From Lama guanicoe (taxonomy: Eukaryota): a stretch of DNA of 64,000 nt. The number at the start of each line of letters is the position of its first letter. The stretch's first letter is position 1. Under the pieces are notes generated by a model that was not told the DNA's origin, did no database searches, and saw only the letters and a list, made by a program, of their open reading frames with translations. Positions 13,061 through 25,595 of this stretch are shown one piece after another. Both the position numbers and the translations under genes were made by a program. Location: contig MU053873.1 of assembly GCA_013239625.1 (NCBI GenBank), positions 1,750,524 through 1,814,523 of the forward strand, given 5' to 3'.

Positions 13061-13749
13061 TTTATTGAATGTTATTTTGAGTATTTTAATCCTTCAAATG
13101 TAAAGCCCAAAATTCTAGTATTCAAAGTGTATGGTATGCTATGTTTTGCTTAGGAAGAAAATCCAAGTTTTCTTGATGTCAATTTATACAACTAAGACAG
13201 TTTTAATATAAAGAAAATAAGCTTCTAGCTAGTACTGAGTTTTGTTTTAGAGGGTTTTGTTGTTGTCCAACTAGATAGGATGACTTTAAAGTTCATTTGG
13301 AAATACAAAAGGCAGAAAAACTCTGAGAGGAAAAAATACATATACATATACATTTAAAATCAAACAAATAACAGGACAAGTCACACAAAATAGTAAAAGC
13401 CTCAATAAGAGTGGTTCTAACATGTAACAGGCAGACCAATGAAACAAAACTGAAAGAAAAGAAATAGACTTAATATTTGAAAAGTTAATATGTGGTAAAG
13501 GTGGTCTCTCAAATCACTAGGAGGAAAACAGACTATTCAATAAATTGTGAGGACAACTCACTATTTAAAAAAATAAGAACACTATACACCAGGATATATT
13601 CTTATGAATCAAGGAGTCAAATGTCAAAAATGAAAAATGACACTAGAAGGAAATACAGCAAATTTCTTTAGTAACTTTAGTCTGGGAAAGGCCTTAACTG
13701 AACTTGAAATCCACAAACTGACTCCCCCCCCCCCAAAAAAAAAGGGAGA

Positions 13750-14580
13750 GCGATCCTGTGTTCATGGACTGGAAGAATTAATAATATTAAATGTCCATAC
13801 TACCTAAAGCCATCTATAGATTCAATTCAATCCCATCAAGATCTCAATGGCATTTTTTCAAGTGGAAAAAAAAATCCTAAAATTTGTATGGAACTTCCAA
13901 AAGACCCCAAATAGTCAAAGCAACCCTGAGAAAGAAGAACAAAGCAGGAGGCATCACACTTCCTGACTTCAAGCTATATTATAAAGCTATAATAACCAAA
14001 ACAGTACAGTACTGGCATAAAAATAGATACACAGGCCAATGGGACAGAATCAAGAGTCCAGAAAGAAACCCATACATATACAGTCACACAGAGAAAGACA
14101 AATATTGTATGATCTCACTTACATATGGTATCTAAAAAACCAAACCAAAACAAAAACCCCAAACAAAAAGGCAAACTCATAGAAAAAGAGATCAGATTTG
14201 TGGTTACCAGAGGTGAAGGGTAGTGGGTAGGAGTACTGGATGAAGATGGATGAAGGAAAAGTTTCAAACTTTGTAAGATAAATAAGTACTGGGGATGTAA
14301 TGTACAACACGATGATATAATTAACATTGCCGTCTGGTATATTTGAAAGTTGCTAAAAGAATAGATCCTAAACTTTTTATCACAAGGAAGAAAAAACATT
14401 TTTTCTTTCTTTTTTGGGGGGGGTATCTATATATCATGATGGATGTTAACTAAACTTACTGTGGTCGTCATTTTGCAATATGTGTAAGTCATCAGGCTTT
14501 ACACCTTAAACTTACACAGTGCTATATGTCGATTATAACTCAATAAAACTAAAAGAAAAAAATAAAACAAAGTAAACTAG
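13750..14580 (+). mobile_element. L1MA9-like element (ORF2 fragment fused to 3'UTR), nested in older L1
   Basis: ORF 13884-14135 translates as L1 ORF2 ([19 protein letters not shown]...QYWHKNR). 3'UTR motifs and A tail present. Confidence 0.9.
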
Positions 14581-17227
14581 AAATAAGTTAATCATCCCAT
14601 TTCCTCTCAAAAAAAAAAAAAGAGCATGTGGTCTCATTAAAAAAAAAATCCACAAACTATGAGAGGAATTTAACATCATAAAAATAAAAAACTTCTATAA
14701 TGGGGGGGGGGAATCCACCAAAAGCAAAGTACAACTGACAAAGTGGGGAAAATATTTGTAACTCATATTACAAAGGATTTAATCTTTCTAATATGTAAGA
14801 CCAGCAACTTAATAGAAAACCAACCAAAGGATAAAACTAAAATAAGATCATTTTGATAAAAATCTCAAAGCTTGGTAACAAATTTTGTTGGCAAGGCTGA
14901 GAGGAAATAACATTCTCATACATCAGTGGTAAGAGTATAAATTGGCACAATCCCTACTGATGGCAATTTGTTAATACTCTTCAAAAATAAACATATATCT
15001 TTCATTTTACCAAGCAATTCTCATTCTGAGAATTTATCCTACAAATATATTGCACATATATGAAATGGTTTTGCCTTGCAGCATTGTTCTTAACAGTGAA
15101 AGACAGGTTAAAAAAATAACTTAATGTCCACCAGAAGGAGAGTAGTTACACAATAAATTATGTACCCAATGGGATATATTCTAAACATGTTAATAAAAAA
15201 AACTTTTTAAAAACAAAACCCCCCAAACCCCATAAAGAGGCTGCCCTTTTTGTACTGATATGTAAAGCTCTCTGAGCTACCTTATGTGAAGCAAATAAAG
15301 TATGCAACAGTGTAAATGAAGCATAAATCTGTATGAAAGGAGGAAAATTAAATTCTATTTGCATGTATACGCATTAAACAAAAGCTCCATGGCATGCACA
15401 AGCAACTAGCAACAGCAGTGTCTTATCTTGTGTGATGAGGCGGGACCTAAGCAGCAAAAATGTAGACTCCTGGAAACGGAACCACTGGGTCAATGGATAA
15501 ATGCATGTATGCATGCGTTAGGTATTACCAAACTCCCCCTCATAAAGGCTGTACCATTCTGCACTACACCCAGTTTGGCACGAGAGTGCCTGTTTCTCCT
15601 CAGCATCTCCAATAGTAAAATTTTTAGATTTTTTTTGCTAAGCTGATAAGAAATGATAACATAGTGTGGTTTTTGATTGTTTTTAAATTAAGGTTTGTTG
15701 TGGTATAATTTACATGAAATAACTTTCACTTTTTTTGGGTTACAGTCATAAACGTATATTCATGTAACACCACCACAATCAACTGAAGACTAAGAATTCC
15801 AATGGAAAAAATTGTAACACGTGAAACTATAAAAACATGTCATACTAGTCCACTGTTCATACACACAGCAGCAACAATTTTATTATGTACCCATTTTGAA
15901 AAGACAGAACATGTTTCCATTGGCTATGATTGTAGTATTATCAACAGTAAAAGATAATATAGGGTTTTTTTTTTCCTTTCTTTTCTTTTCCCCCATCCTG
16001 TTTTGCCTTTAATTTTATAGATGTGCCATCAAGCTACTCTGATATTTCAGTACAGGCTCAATGATTACTTACTGATTGCTTCTTTAACCACTGTAATTTA
16101 ATGACAAATCTTTTAAAATTTGAGTGTTTTAAAATAGTATATATTCTGGAATTTCTCCCCTGCCATTGCTTAGCCTTATGAGAAGTGAATTAAGAAAAAT
16201 CAGAGAAACAGAAAACTTTATTATTAATGGTAAATAAAGGAGAACCCAAAAGTCACTGTACTACTTGGGTTTAACATATATTCCCTCGAGCATCACGCCT
16301 TCTTCTAATAGATAATATGTGAGAAGACTCTACACAAGTGAAAACAGAAAATGCAATTACATTTTATTGCAAGAAATTTGGAAAACGTATTTTTAACAAA
16401 GTTAGCTATCCAAAAGTGTTACCTTAGGCTGTCTCTTAATAGCTCCTTTTCACAAGTGTGAAATTTAATGAAGGCAACAGCATTTACAAGCAAGACCAAA
16501 ATGGTATCTTAATTACTAGCTGCATTTTCTTAGGCAACAAGAGATTAAATGGAAAGAGAAATTAGTTTTACAAATGGCATCATACATCTTTATGTTACAT
16601 CCCTCTCCATCAAGTCACAGATGGTTATGTGTCTTGAACTTCCTCATATCATAGCAATTTTCTTTTCCTTGGGCATACCCTAATCCATCACTCCTCTAAA
16701 TCATATATTATTTTTGAATCATTTACAAAGACTGAAGCTGTTTATCAGAGTGATTTAACATTCACTGGCCACATGAAATGGGCTTTTCCCTTACTGGTCT
16801 CTACAAGAACATGAAATTTAGAACTTTCTGAAACTACTCACCCTAAAAGTTTGCAGTGTACTCATTACAGACGTTTTGGAGTAATACTTTGACCTGAACT
16901 GATAAACTCATCTAACTAACTCTAATAAAGGGTTCCTGGTTCTGTTACCACTGTCAAATCTAACAACCAAACCCTGGGGTAAAGCTATGGCTAATGTTAC
17001 TTTTGCTTGTCATATAATTCATGTCCAAAAATAACGACTCGCAAGGGCTCATATGGGACTGCTCTCTTCAGATGAGCGTCTATAAAACTCATGCATTAAA
17101 AAGAACCCAGACATTTTGCTTTGAATCATGGCCGAGTAACTACTATTGGAATAACAACTCCATGCAGAACAACTATAAATTTTGGATTAAACAAAACAAA
17201 ACAAAATAAAAACTCCCTATAAGCACT

Positions 17228-17460
17228 AGAATTTGAACTGTGTGGGTCCACTCATAAGCAGATTTTTTCCAACAGCAAATACTACATTACTCCACGATCC
17301 CCTGGTTGATTGAGTCTGTGGAAGCAGAACTATAAATACAGAGGAACTGCACAGTCAAAGGAACCATGTGGTTGAAGGGCTAACTATGAGTTACACATGG
17401 ATTTTTAACTGTGCAGAGGACTGGTGCCCCTAATGCCTGTATTGTTCAAGGATCAACTGT
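17228..17460. mobile_element. Tigger2/MER8-like MITE
   Basis: tttgaactgtgtgggtccactcat...ttgttcaaggatcaactg-TA end. Confidence 0.75.
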
Positions 17461-17879
17461 ATTGTTAAAACATCACTTCTCCCCAGATTGATTAATTAAT
17501 CCAATCCCACTCACTCAGCAGGCTTGTTTTCATAGAAACTGGCAAGCTCTTCGCAAATTTTATATAGAAATTGATGCCCAAAATAATTTTGGAAAAAAAC
17601 AAAGATGGAAGGTTGATTTCAAGACTTACTATAAAACTGTAATAATCAAAGATGTTATTTAATAAATATATAGAGAAGACAGAAACAACTGAATATGCAA
17701 CTATAAAAAAAAAGAATGTCAACCCTTACCTCACATCACAGACAAAATTTACCCGAAAGGGATGGAAGACCTACAGAAAACAGCTAAAATTAAAAACTTC
17801 AAAAAGAAAAAGTAAGAGACAAATCTTTGCAACTTTGGGGTAGGAAAAGGTTTCTTAGGACTCTAAAAGCATGAATTAG

Positions 17880-19405
17880 TACAAAAACAGACATGTGGAT
17901 CATTAGAACAGAACAAGAGAGCCCAGAAATAAACCCACAATCTTTTGGTCAATTAATCTTTGACAAAGGAGGCAAGAACATACAATAGAATAGAGAGAGT
18001 CTCTACAGCAAGTGGTGTTGGGATAATTGGACAGCTGCATGTAAATCAATGAAGTTAGAATAATCCCTCACACCATACACAAAAATAAACTCAAAATGGC
18101 TTAGCTTAGATGCATGTAAATCAATGAAGTTAGAATAATCCCTCACACCATACACAAAAATAAACTCAAAATGGCTTAGAGACTTAAACTCTTAGAAGAA
18201 AACATAGTCAAAACATTATCTGACATAAATCTTAGCAATGTTCTCCTAGGGCAGTCTACCCAGACAATAGAAATAAAAGCAAAAATAAACAAATGGGGCC
18301 AAATTAAACTTACAAGCTTTTGCAAAGAAAACCATAAACAAAACAAAAAGACAACCTATGGAATGGGAGAAAATATTTGCAAAAGATGAGACTGACAAGG
18401 GCTTAATTTCCAGAATATATAAACAGCTCATACAACTTAATAATAAACAAACAACCCAATCCAAAAATGGGAAGAAGATCTAAACAAGCAATTCTCCAAT
18501 GAAGACATACAAATGGCCAATACAAACATGAAAAAAATGCTCAACATCACTAATTATCAGAGAAATGCAAATCAAAACTACAATGAGAGGTTACCACCTC
18601 ATACCAGTAAGAATGGCGATCATTCAAAAGTCCACTAACAATAAATGCTGGAGAAGGTGTGGAGAAAAGGGAACCCTCCTACACTGCTGGTGGGAATGTA
18701 GTTTGGTGCAGCCGTTATGAAAATAGCATGGATATTTCTCAAAAAAACTAAAAACAGACTTACCATATGATCCAACAATCCCACTCCTGGGCATGTATTC
18801 AGAGGGGAACATAATTCAAAAAGATACGTGCACCCCAGTGTTCACAGCAGCACTATTTACAATAGCCAAGACATGGAAACAACCTAAAAGTCCATCAACA
18901 GACAACTGAATAGAGAAGATGTGGCACATATACACAATACACTGGAGTATTACTCAGCCATAAAAAAGAATGAAATAATGCCATTTACAACAACATGGAT
19001 GGACCTAGAGATTATCATATTAAGTGAAGTAAATCAGACAGAGAAAAGCAAATATGTATCACTTATACGTGGAATCTAAAAAATATTAAAAAAAATACAA
19101 ATTCTATTTACAAGCCAAAAACAGACTCACAAACACAGAAAAAAACCATAGTTACTAAAGGGGAAAGGGCAAAGAGGGATAAATTAGGAGTTGGAAATTA
19201 GCAGACACATACTACTCGACATAAAATCAACAAAGACCTACTGTAAAGCACAGGGAACTATATTCAATTTTTTGTAATAACATATAATGAAAAAGAATCT
19301 GAAATGAAAAAATATACATGTATATATATGTATAATTCAGTCACTTCACTAGACACCTGAAACTAACATTGTAAATCAAGTATACTTCAATAAATAATTT
19401 TTTAA
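17880..19405 (+). mobile_element. Younger lineage L1 (ORF2 C-terminus + 3'UTR), 5'-truncated, nested in older L1
   Basis: Well-preserved ORF2 3' motifs. Ends with cacctgaaactaacattgtaaatcaagtatacttcaataaa. Confidence 0.92.
18036..18179. repeat. 69-bp perfect tandem duplication inside L1
   Basis: 18036-18104 and 18111-18179 are identical and separated by cttaga. Confidence 0.95.
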
Positions 19406-19609
19406 AAATCACATAGAAAATAGAATGGTGGCTGCCAGGCGCCGCAGAGTTTGGGAATGGAGAGTTATTAATGAGTACAGAGTTTAACAAGATGAAAAGA
19501 GATATGGAGATCGATGTGTAACATTACGAAATTAAAAATTAAAAATGTTTAAGATGATAAACTACATGTATTTTACCACAATAAAAAAATTGAGGAAAAA
19601 ATTCCTTTG

Positions 19610-20900
19610 AAATCGATCACAGACCTAGATGTAAAAGGTAAAATTTTTAAACTTCTAGAAGAAAACATTATAAAATAAGATCTTTGTGACTTTGAGGTTG
19701 GCAAAGATTTCTTAGGAGGACACAAAAAGCATAAATCATAAAAGAAAAAATAACTTAGACTTACTCAGAATTTAAAATTTCTGCTCTTTGAAATATATAC
19801 TATTAAGAAAATGAAAAGGCAAGCTACCGAGAGAAACTACTCACAAGTGTATCTGAGAAAGGACTTACATCTAGAATATATAGAGAACAGTTATGACTCA
19901 ATATTAAAAAGAACCAGATTTAAAATGAGCAAAAGATTTAAACAGAAACTTCACAAAAGATGTACAATGACCAAGAAGCACATGAAACAGTGCTCATCAC
20001 CATGAGTCTTCAGGGGAATGCAAATTAAACGACAATGAGATTCTACAACACATCCACCAGAATGGCTGAAGTGTGTTGACGCGGATGTGGCGTAACTGGA
20101 CTATCATATATTGCTGGTAAGAATATAAAATGGCGCAACCACTTTGCAAATCTATTCGACAGTTTCTTGGAGAGTTACATATGTACCTCCCTTAAAATTC
20201 AAGAGAAATTTTCCCAAAAGAAGTAAAAACATATCAACAGAAAGACTTCTGCACAAATAGTCAAAGTAGGTTTATTTATAATGACCAAACACTAGGAAGA
20301 ACCCCAAAGTCCATCACCAAGTAAATGGATAAACAAAATCTGATATATCCACACAAAGGAACATCACTCAGCAATGAAAAGGACTAAACTACACACAACA
20401 ACATTCATGAATCTCAAAAGCATGCTGAGTGCAAGAAGCTAGAAACAAAAATGGTCATAACATAGTCATCCCTCAGTATCTAGGAAATAAGTTTCAGGAG
20501 TGGCTGCAAATACCAAAATCCTAGGATGCTCAAGTCCCACAGTCAGCCTTCCATATCTGAAGTTCCATATCTGTGCGTTCAACCAACCAAGGATTGTGCA
20601 GTACTGCACTACTGAAAGAAATCTATGTTTAAATGCAGATTAAACTTGTGTTGTTCAAGGGTCAATTGTGTATCACTCAATGATATGAAACTCAAGAAAA
20701 GGCAAGTCTAACTTACAGTCACAGAAAGTAGTTCTGTGCATGCCTGGGGTTGGGAATGGGGGAACTGACTGGAAAGGGGCACAAGGAAACCTTTTAGAGC
20801 AATGGAAATGTCATATATTTTGTTTGTGGTAAGGATTACGAGAAGTGTATAAATCTGACAAAACATCTCAAACTATACAATTAAAACAGGTGCATTTTAA
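19610..20900 (+). mobile_element. Old L1M 3' fragment interrupted by MER8
   Basis: aaacttctagaagaaaacat, ggcaaagatttcttag and aaatggataaacaaa motifs. Confidence 0.75.
20463..20669. mobile_element. MER8-like TcMar-Tigger MITE
   Basis: agtcatccctcagtatc...ataccaaaatcc..ggatgctcaagtccc...ttgttcaagggtcaattg. Confidence 0.8.
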
Positions 20901-21065
20901 AAAGGACACACTATATAGCACAGGGAACTATATACAGTGCCTTGTAATAAACTATAATGGAAAAGAAACTGAAAAAAATTTGTGTAACTGAATCACTTCA
21001 CTGTACACCTGAAACTAACACAACCTTGTAAATCAACTATACTTCAATTAAAAAAAAGAAAAAAA
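20900..21065 (+). mobile_element. Short 5'-truncated L1 3' end (same family as 17880-19405)
   Basis: agcacagggaactata...ctgtacacctgaaactaacacaaccttgtaaatcaactatacttcaatt followed by poly(A). Confidence 0.85.
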
Positions 21066-21323
21066 TGGGTGCATTTTACTGTATGTCAACTATAGCTCAG
21101 TGAAGTTGATTAACATCTTCTCCACATTAGAAGACATAAGCAAGATTTCTCCTTTATAAAATGGGGATCATAACAGTACCTACTTTATATGAACTGTGAT
21201 GAGTAAGTGGGCTGGGGTTAACATTAGGTCATGTGAAACACTTAGGGCCTGATGTATAATAAAAACTCAGTGGCATAAAATTTTCTTTAAGATAAATATC
21301 TTAGCACAAGAGTCACTATAAAC

Positions 21324-21537
21324 CACTGGTTCTCAAACCAGGGGCAATTCTGCCCCCCAGGGGACAAAGGGCAATGTCTGTAGACATTTTGGATTGCCAT
21401 GACTGGAGGGGTGCTATAGGCATCTAATGGATAGAGGTCAGGGATGTGGCTGAACATTCTGCAATACATGGAACAGTCTCCACAACAAAGAATTATCTGA
21501 CTCAAAATGTCAATACTGCAGAGGCTGAGCAACCCTG
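21324..21537. mobile_element. MER20 (hAT-Charlie), full length
   Basis: cactggttctcaaaccaggggcaattctgcccccc...gaggctgagcaaccctg, with an 8-bp TSD ctataaac/ctgtaaac. Confidence 0.9.
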
Positions 21538-23929
21538 CTGTAAACAAAGTGACACAACAATCCACATATAGAAAGGAAATATGTAAAATGCACATAATTA
21601 ACACAGAATTTGAAGTCCAAAATATATATATATATATATATATCTCTTCTACAAGTCAAAAAGAAAAGTCAAAACCAATAGGAAAATGAGCAAAGAATAA
21701 GAACATGACCAGTAAACATGAAAAGATCCTTACCCTGCAGAAAAAATGCAAAGTGAGTATGTGAGATAGCATTTTAAAACCAATAAAGTGGCAAAAATAA
21801 AAAATTCTGACAATATCAAATGTTGGTGACAATACAGAATAGAAATCTATACCATACACTGCAGGTGAAAGGGTAAATAATAGCCACATATCAATACATA
21901 TATGAATGTACGTACATATATATGCATTCCTATTCATGCATTATGATGAATAGTGATTAATGATAGTTACTCCGGGGGATGAAGGGAAAGGGGAGGAATT
22001 TAATTATATTACCTTAATTTAAATTACTGTTCTGTTCTCTGAAAGCTGTGTTTTAAAACGATTCCCATTCACTGATCACCTAATATATATCAGATACTCT
22101 GTAAGATATACTTCATACCTTTAATTCTGCACAACAAATCTATGTTGTAGCTATCATAGCTCCTGAGATTGAACAATTTACTCAAGGTACATAGCTAGCT
22201 AGTGGCAGAGACAGAATTCAGGCCAAGGGCTTTCTACTGCAAGGCCAGTCCTCTCTCTCCCACAGCAGTAAAATATTATGACCTATGCCCTAGTATTTGA
22301 CAATATCAAAGCATTCTTGTAAATACTTCTGGCTTTTTATAGAAATATCTCAATCAAGATAATTCTGGAATTAAGAGAAGATAAAGAAAATAGGATGGCA
22401 AAAGCAGAGTAAGCAAGGCAAACAAAAGCTATAGAAGCCTCCCCTAAAAAATGTACATAGACATGAAATTAAATATGTAATTTCAATGGTTCACAAATTC
22501 CCTGGGAGCACTCACCAAAAGGTATTTGGATTCCAGGTTAAAAATGTCTCTTTAAGAAGAAGAAAAAAAAAAAAGCAGCCACATTCAATTATTTCAATTT
22601 AATTCTTCAAATGTTTGAAGGACCATTCAAATTTCTTTGACCAGAGTTGTACTTTATCAACTACTGCATAAGTGTTCCAAACACTGTTCATGTTCAGAAA
22701 CTTTTTGGTTTGCCTCAGTAAAATCTACCATCATTCTTACTATAAAGAGCTCTTTGTTCCAGAACTGTATACAAGAGAAGTAATGAGACTGGTAGTTATG
22801 TGAGGCTTGTAGAACTGGTTAAACTCAATCGGACATTTTGTATGTAAAGGTTACCTTTGTTGAAGGAGGAAAGTTAGAACGAGGAACAGGCTTAAAAAAG
22901 AGGTTGGATCTTTTCTACATCCAGAATCAATTACTAATAAGTTATATTCCATTACATGTCCATATGTGCAAAAACCCACAAGATTCAACATCTTTAGCTT
23001 TAAAACAAGAAAATGAGACTATCCATTAGCTTATGGGGGGGTAACCATTAGCTTATTTTTTTCACATGTAATAGTTTTTTTCTTCAAATGTCCTTTCTCA
23101 TTTTGGGGTGACAGTTCATGTCTTTCCTACTCTAGTCTTCATTCCCTCATTTGAGAATGAGAATATTCCCTTATTCTGCCATTTTTATCTCTTAAGCAGA
23201 TGTAGTATACAAGTATTTAATTTAGTTATGCAGATTTCATGTTTTCTATCAACCTAGCTAATTCTGAATTACTATATTTTCTTTCCTTCAATAAATGCAC
23301 CTAAACTGATTACTTTCTTAACCTTTCTTAAACCATATCCCTGTGGTTTTCATTTGAGTGTTTTACTATGAATCTTTAGATGGGAGACAATGTCCATACT
23401 GTATAACTGGTTCAGAGTTACACTCCACCCAGTACACTGTCTCCTCACATATTTTACAAACTTATGTTACTATGAGCAGCAACTGTGCTATGCAGAGAAT
23501 GGAATTAGTGAACACTTGTGGGAAGACTTCAAAAGTTACCAGAAATGCTCTGCAACATCCTAATTTTTCTTAATGATTAATAAGCCTTGTCAACCACAAA
23601 TTGACCCACGTTTTTAAAGCTATTTATATTTTCAGCATGTGTAACACCAGGGGACAGACTAAAACTTAAGACGACTACTTCCAGGTTTGGCAGTTAATAC
23701 TACATCCTTGGACTTTAACATCTCCTAACTCTAATATACAGGGGTACAGTATTCAAATCTGTAGACTGTCTATTCCTATCTTTAAGTATAATCTAGATTT
23801 TTGACCATAACCTCCTTCTACCCATAACTGAGACAAACTATTTGTCCTAAAGATTGTCTATATGTCTCAAGTTTTAATTTATTTTTACCTAGAAAAGGTG
23901 CACTGGAAAGACTAGATTTTGAAGTTTTT

Positions 23930-24140
23930 AAAACCTGGATTTGAAACCTTGTTGTTTCACAAGCTAGCTGAGTAACTTTTGCACAAGTAACTTAACTTGG
24001 CTCTCTGAACATTCTTTTCCTTTCTTAAGCACGCTAAAATACCTATCTCTTAAGGTTGTCTTAAGGGTGAAATGAGACAAAACGTCTTCATTACCTAACA
24101 CAGTACTTGGCATGTAACCGATGCCCAATCAATAGGAGCT
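23930..24140 (+). mobile_element. MIR-like SINE remnant
   Basis: acctggatttgaa...agctgagtaactttt.cacaagtaacttaac..ctctctgaac...cctaacacagtacttggcatgta. Confidence 0.65.
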
Positions 24141-25527
24141 ATTTCCAGTTTCTCAGCTCCCTGAAAGTTAAGAGCATGTGTTTCCTTGAACCCTCGCCAT
24201 CACGGTAACTAGCAGAGTGCTTCACACATTACAGAAACTCAGTGAATCCCAGGAACTGCCTTAGGAGGAAGTCTCCAGCTTTTAGGTAAATATTTCACTA
24301 CTATTATTTATTATTTTTTTGAGGCAGTCCTAACTCCACTAGGTGTATTCCATATAGATTCATATGTGTTTTAATATTTTTATTCTTTTCACAACCTTTC
24401 AACAGCTTCTTATGGTTCTCAGGATATAATTCAAGCTCTTTACTAGGGCCTAGTGATCTATTTAGTCCCAGCTTGTTTTTTCTCTTCACTTAAGAGGTAC
24501 TAGCCACACCTGCCCTCTACCTGCTCCTCAACCACCACTCTGAGCCTATTTCAGCCTCGCGGTCTATTTCCCTCTAAGAGGAATGCCTCGCCCACTTTCA
24601 CAGGTGGGGCTATTTAAAGCTTGAGGCTCAAACGTGGCCTCCTGACAGCCCTGCCCTTGATTACCCTGCCTCTCCCACTACCATGTTATTTTATTCACGG
24701 AACATCACTTAACCACTCTGCCCAATTCTCCCTCATTTGTTTCCGAGTGAGGACAGGGACTGTGTCTATTTTGCTTCTAGGTGTGTCCCCTATGCTAAAA
24801 CTGTCTGGTAGAGAGGAAGCGAGTGACCTCGGGCGACAACGCCTCCACAGGTCCACCTTCTGGCCTCTGGGCTGGAGCCTGGGCCGTCGGGGGAGCCTCC
24901 CCTGGGACGCGCCACCCTAAGGGCAGACACCCCCCTCTCCCACCGGGGCTCGTCGGGAGTGTCGGCCGCCCCTCGCGTCGGGTCACGGACCCTGGGGGGA
25001 CTGGGCTCTCAGGCAGGGGAGGGTGTGGACACTGAGAACTCGTGTGGCCACGGCGGCTCGGGGCTTCGGCCTGGGCTTCTGGAACGTGCGCGCGAGCCGC
25101 CAAGCCCACCGACACCTCCGGCCTCGGCCGCCTGGACCCGTCTCAAGTTTTTAATATGGATTTCGGCAGTGAGGTGTCCGTCAGCAAGGCGGGCCCCCTC
25201 TCAAAAGCAGCGGGAGGAAGTCTAGTTCTAGTCACCAGAAAACGACTTCCAGGGAACCGACTGGAAAACTCACCACAGAGCGCAGGCTGCTCAGACGCCG
25301 CGAGACAACTTGACTGGAGGGAGGAGCCCGCGCAGGGCACGGGCGAGCGCGCGCCGAGTTCGCGCAGCCGCAGTGGCAGCCTCGCGCGTCCTGGGTGGGG
25401 CGCGCAACTGGGGGGAGCCAGCCTCTCTCGCGCGCTGACGCGACAGGCAGCGGCGGAAGGGTGTGGACGCGCAGGCGCCGCGGGGGCTCCGGGGGCAGGG
25501 AGGCGGGGCCGCGCAAGCGCCGTGAGA

Positions 25528-25572
25528 GGCGGTAGCAGCGGCGGCGGCGGCGGCGGCAGCGGTGTCGGCGGC
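25528..25572 (+). repeat. Imperfect (GGC)n repeat in the PITPNB 5'UTR
   Basis: ggcggtagcagcggcggcggcggcggcggcagcggtgtcggcggc directly upstream of the ATG. Confidence 0.85.
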
Positions 25573-25595
25573 ATCTGTGAAGGGGTTCCGGGAAG

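Larger units (their letters stand above)
641..25400 (-). ncRNA. Putative spliced divergent transcript (positional equivalent of human TTC28-AS1)
   Basis: Strong minus-strand donor GTG|GTGAGT at 25273 inside the CpG island, several downstream exon-like units, and an L1 orientation bias consistent with minus-strand transcription. No transcript data. Confidence 0.45.

Noticed and set aside
13884..14135. 83-aa ORF with recognisable protein similarity (also 38551-38904)
   Set aside because: Degenerate L1 ORF2 fragments, not host genes.
23900..24800. Possible orthologue of the human miRNA annotated near the PITPNB promoter (MIR3199)
   Set aside because: No convincing hairpin seen by eye, and the region is MIR/L2 remnants.
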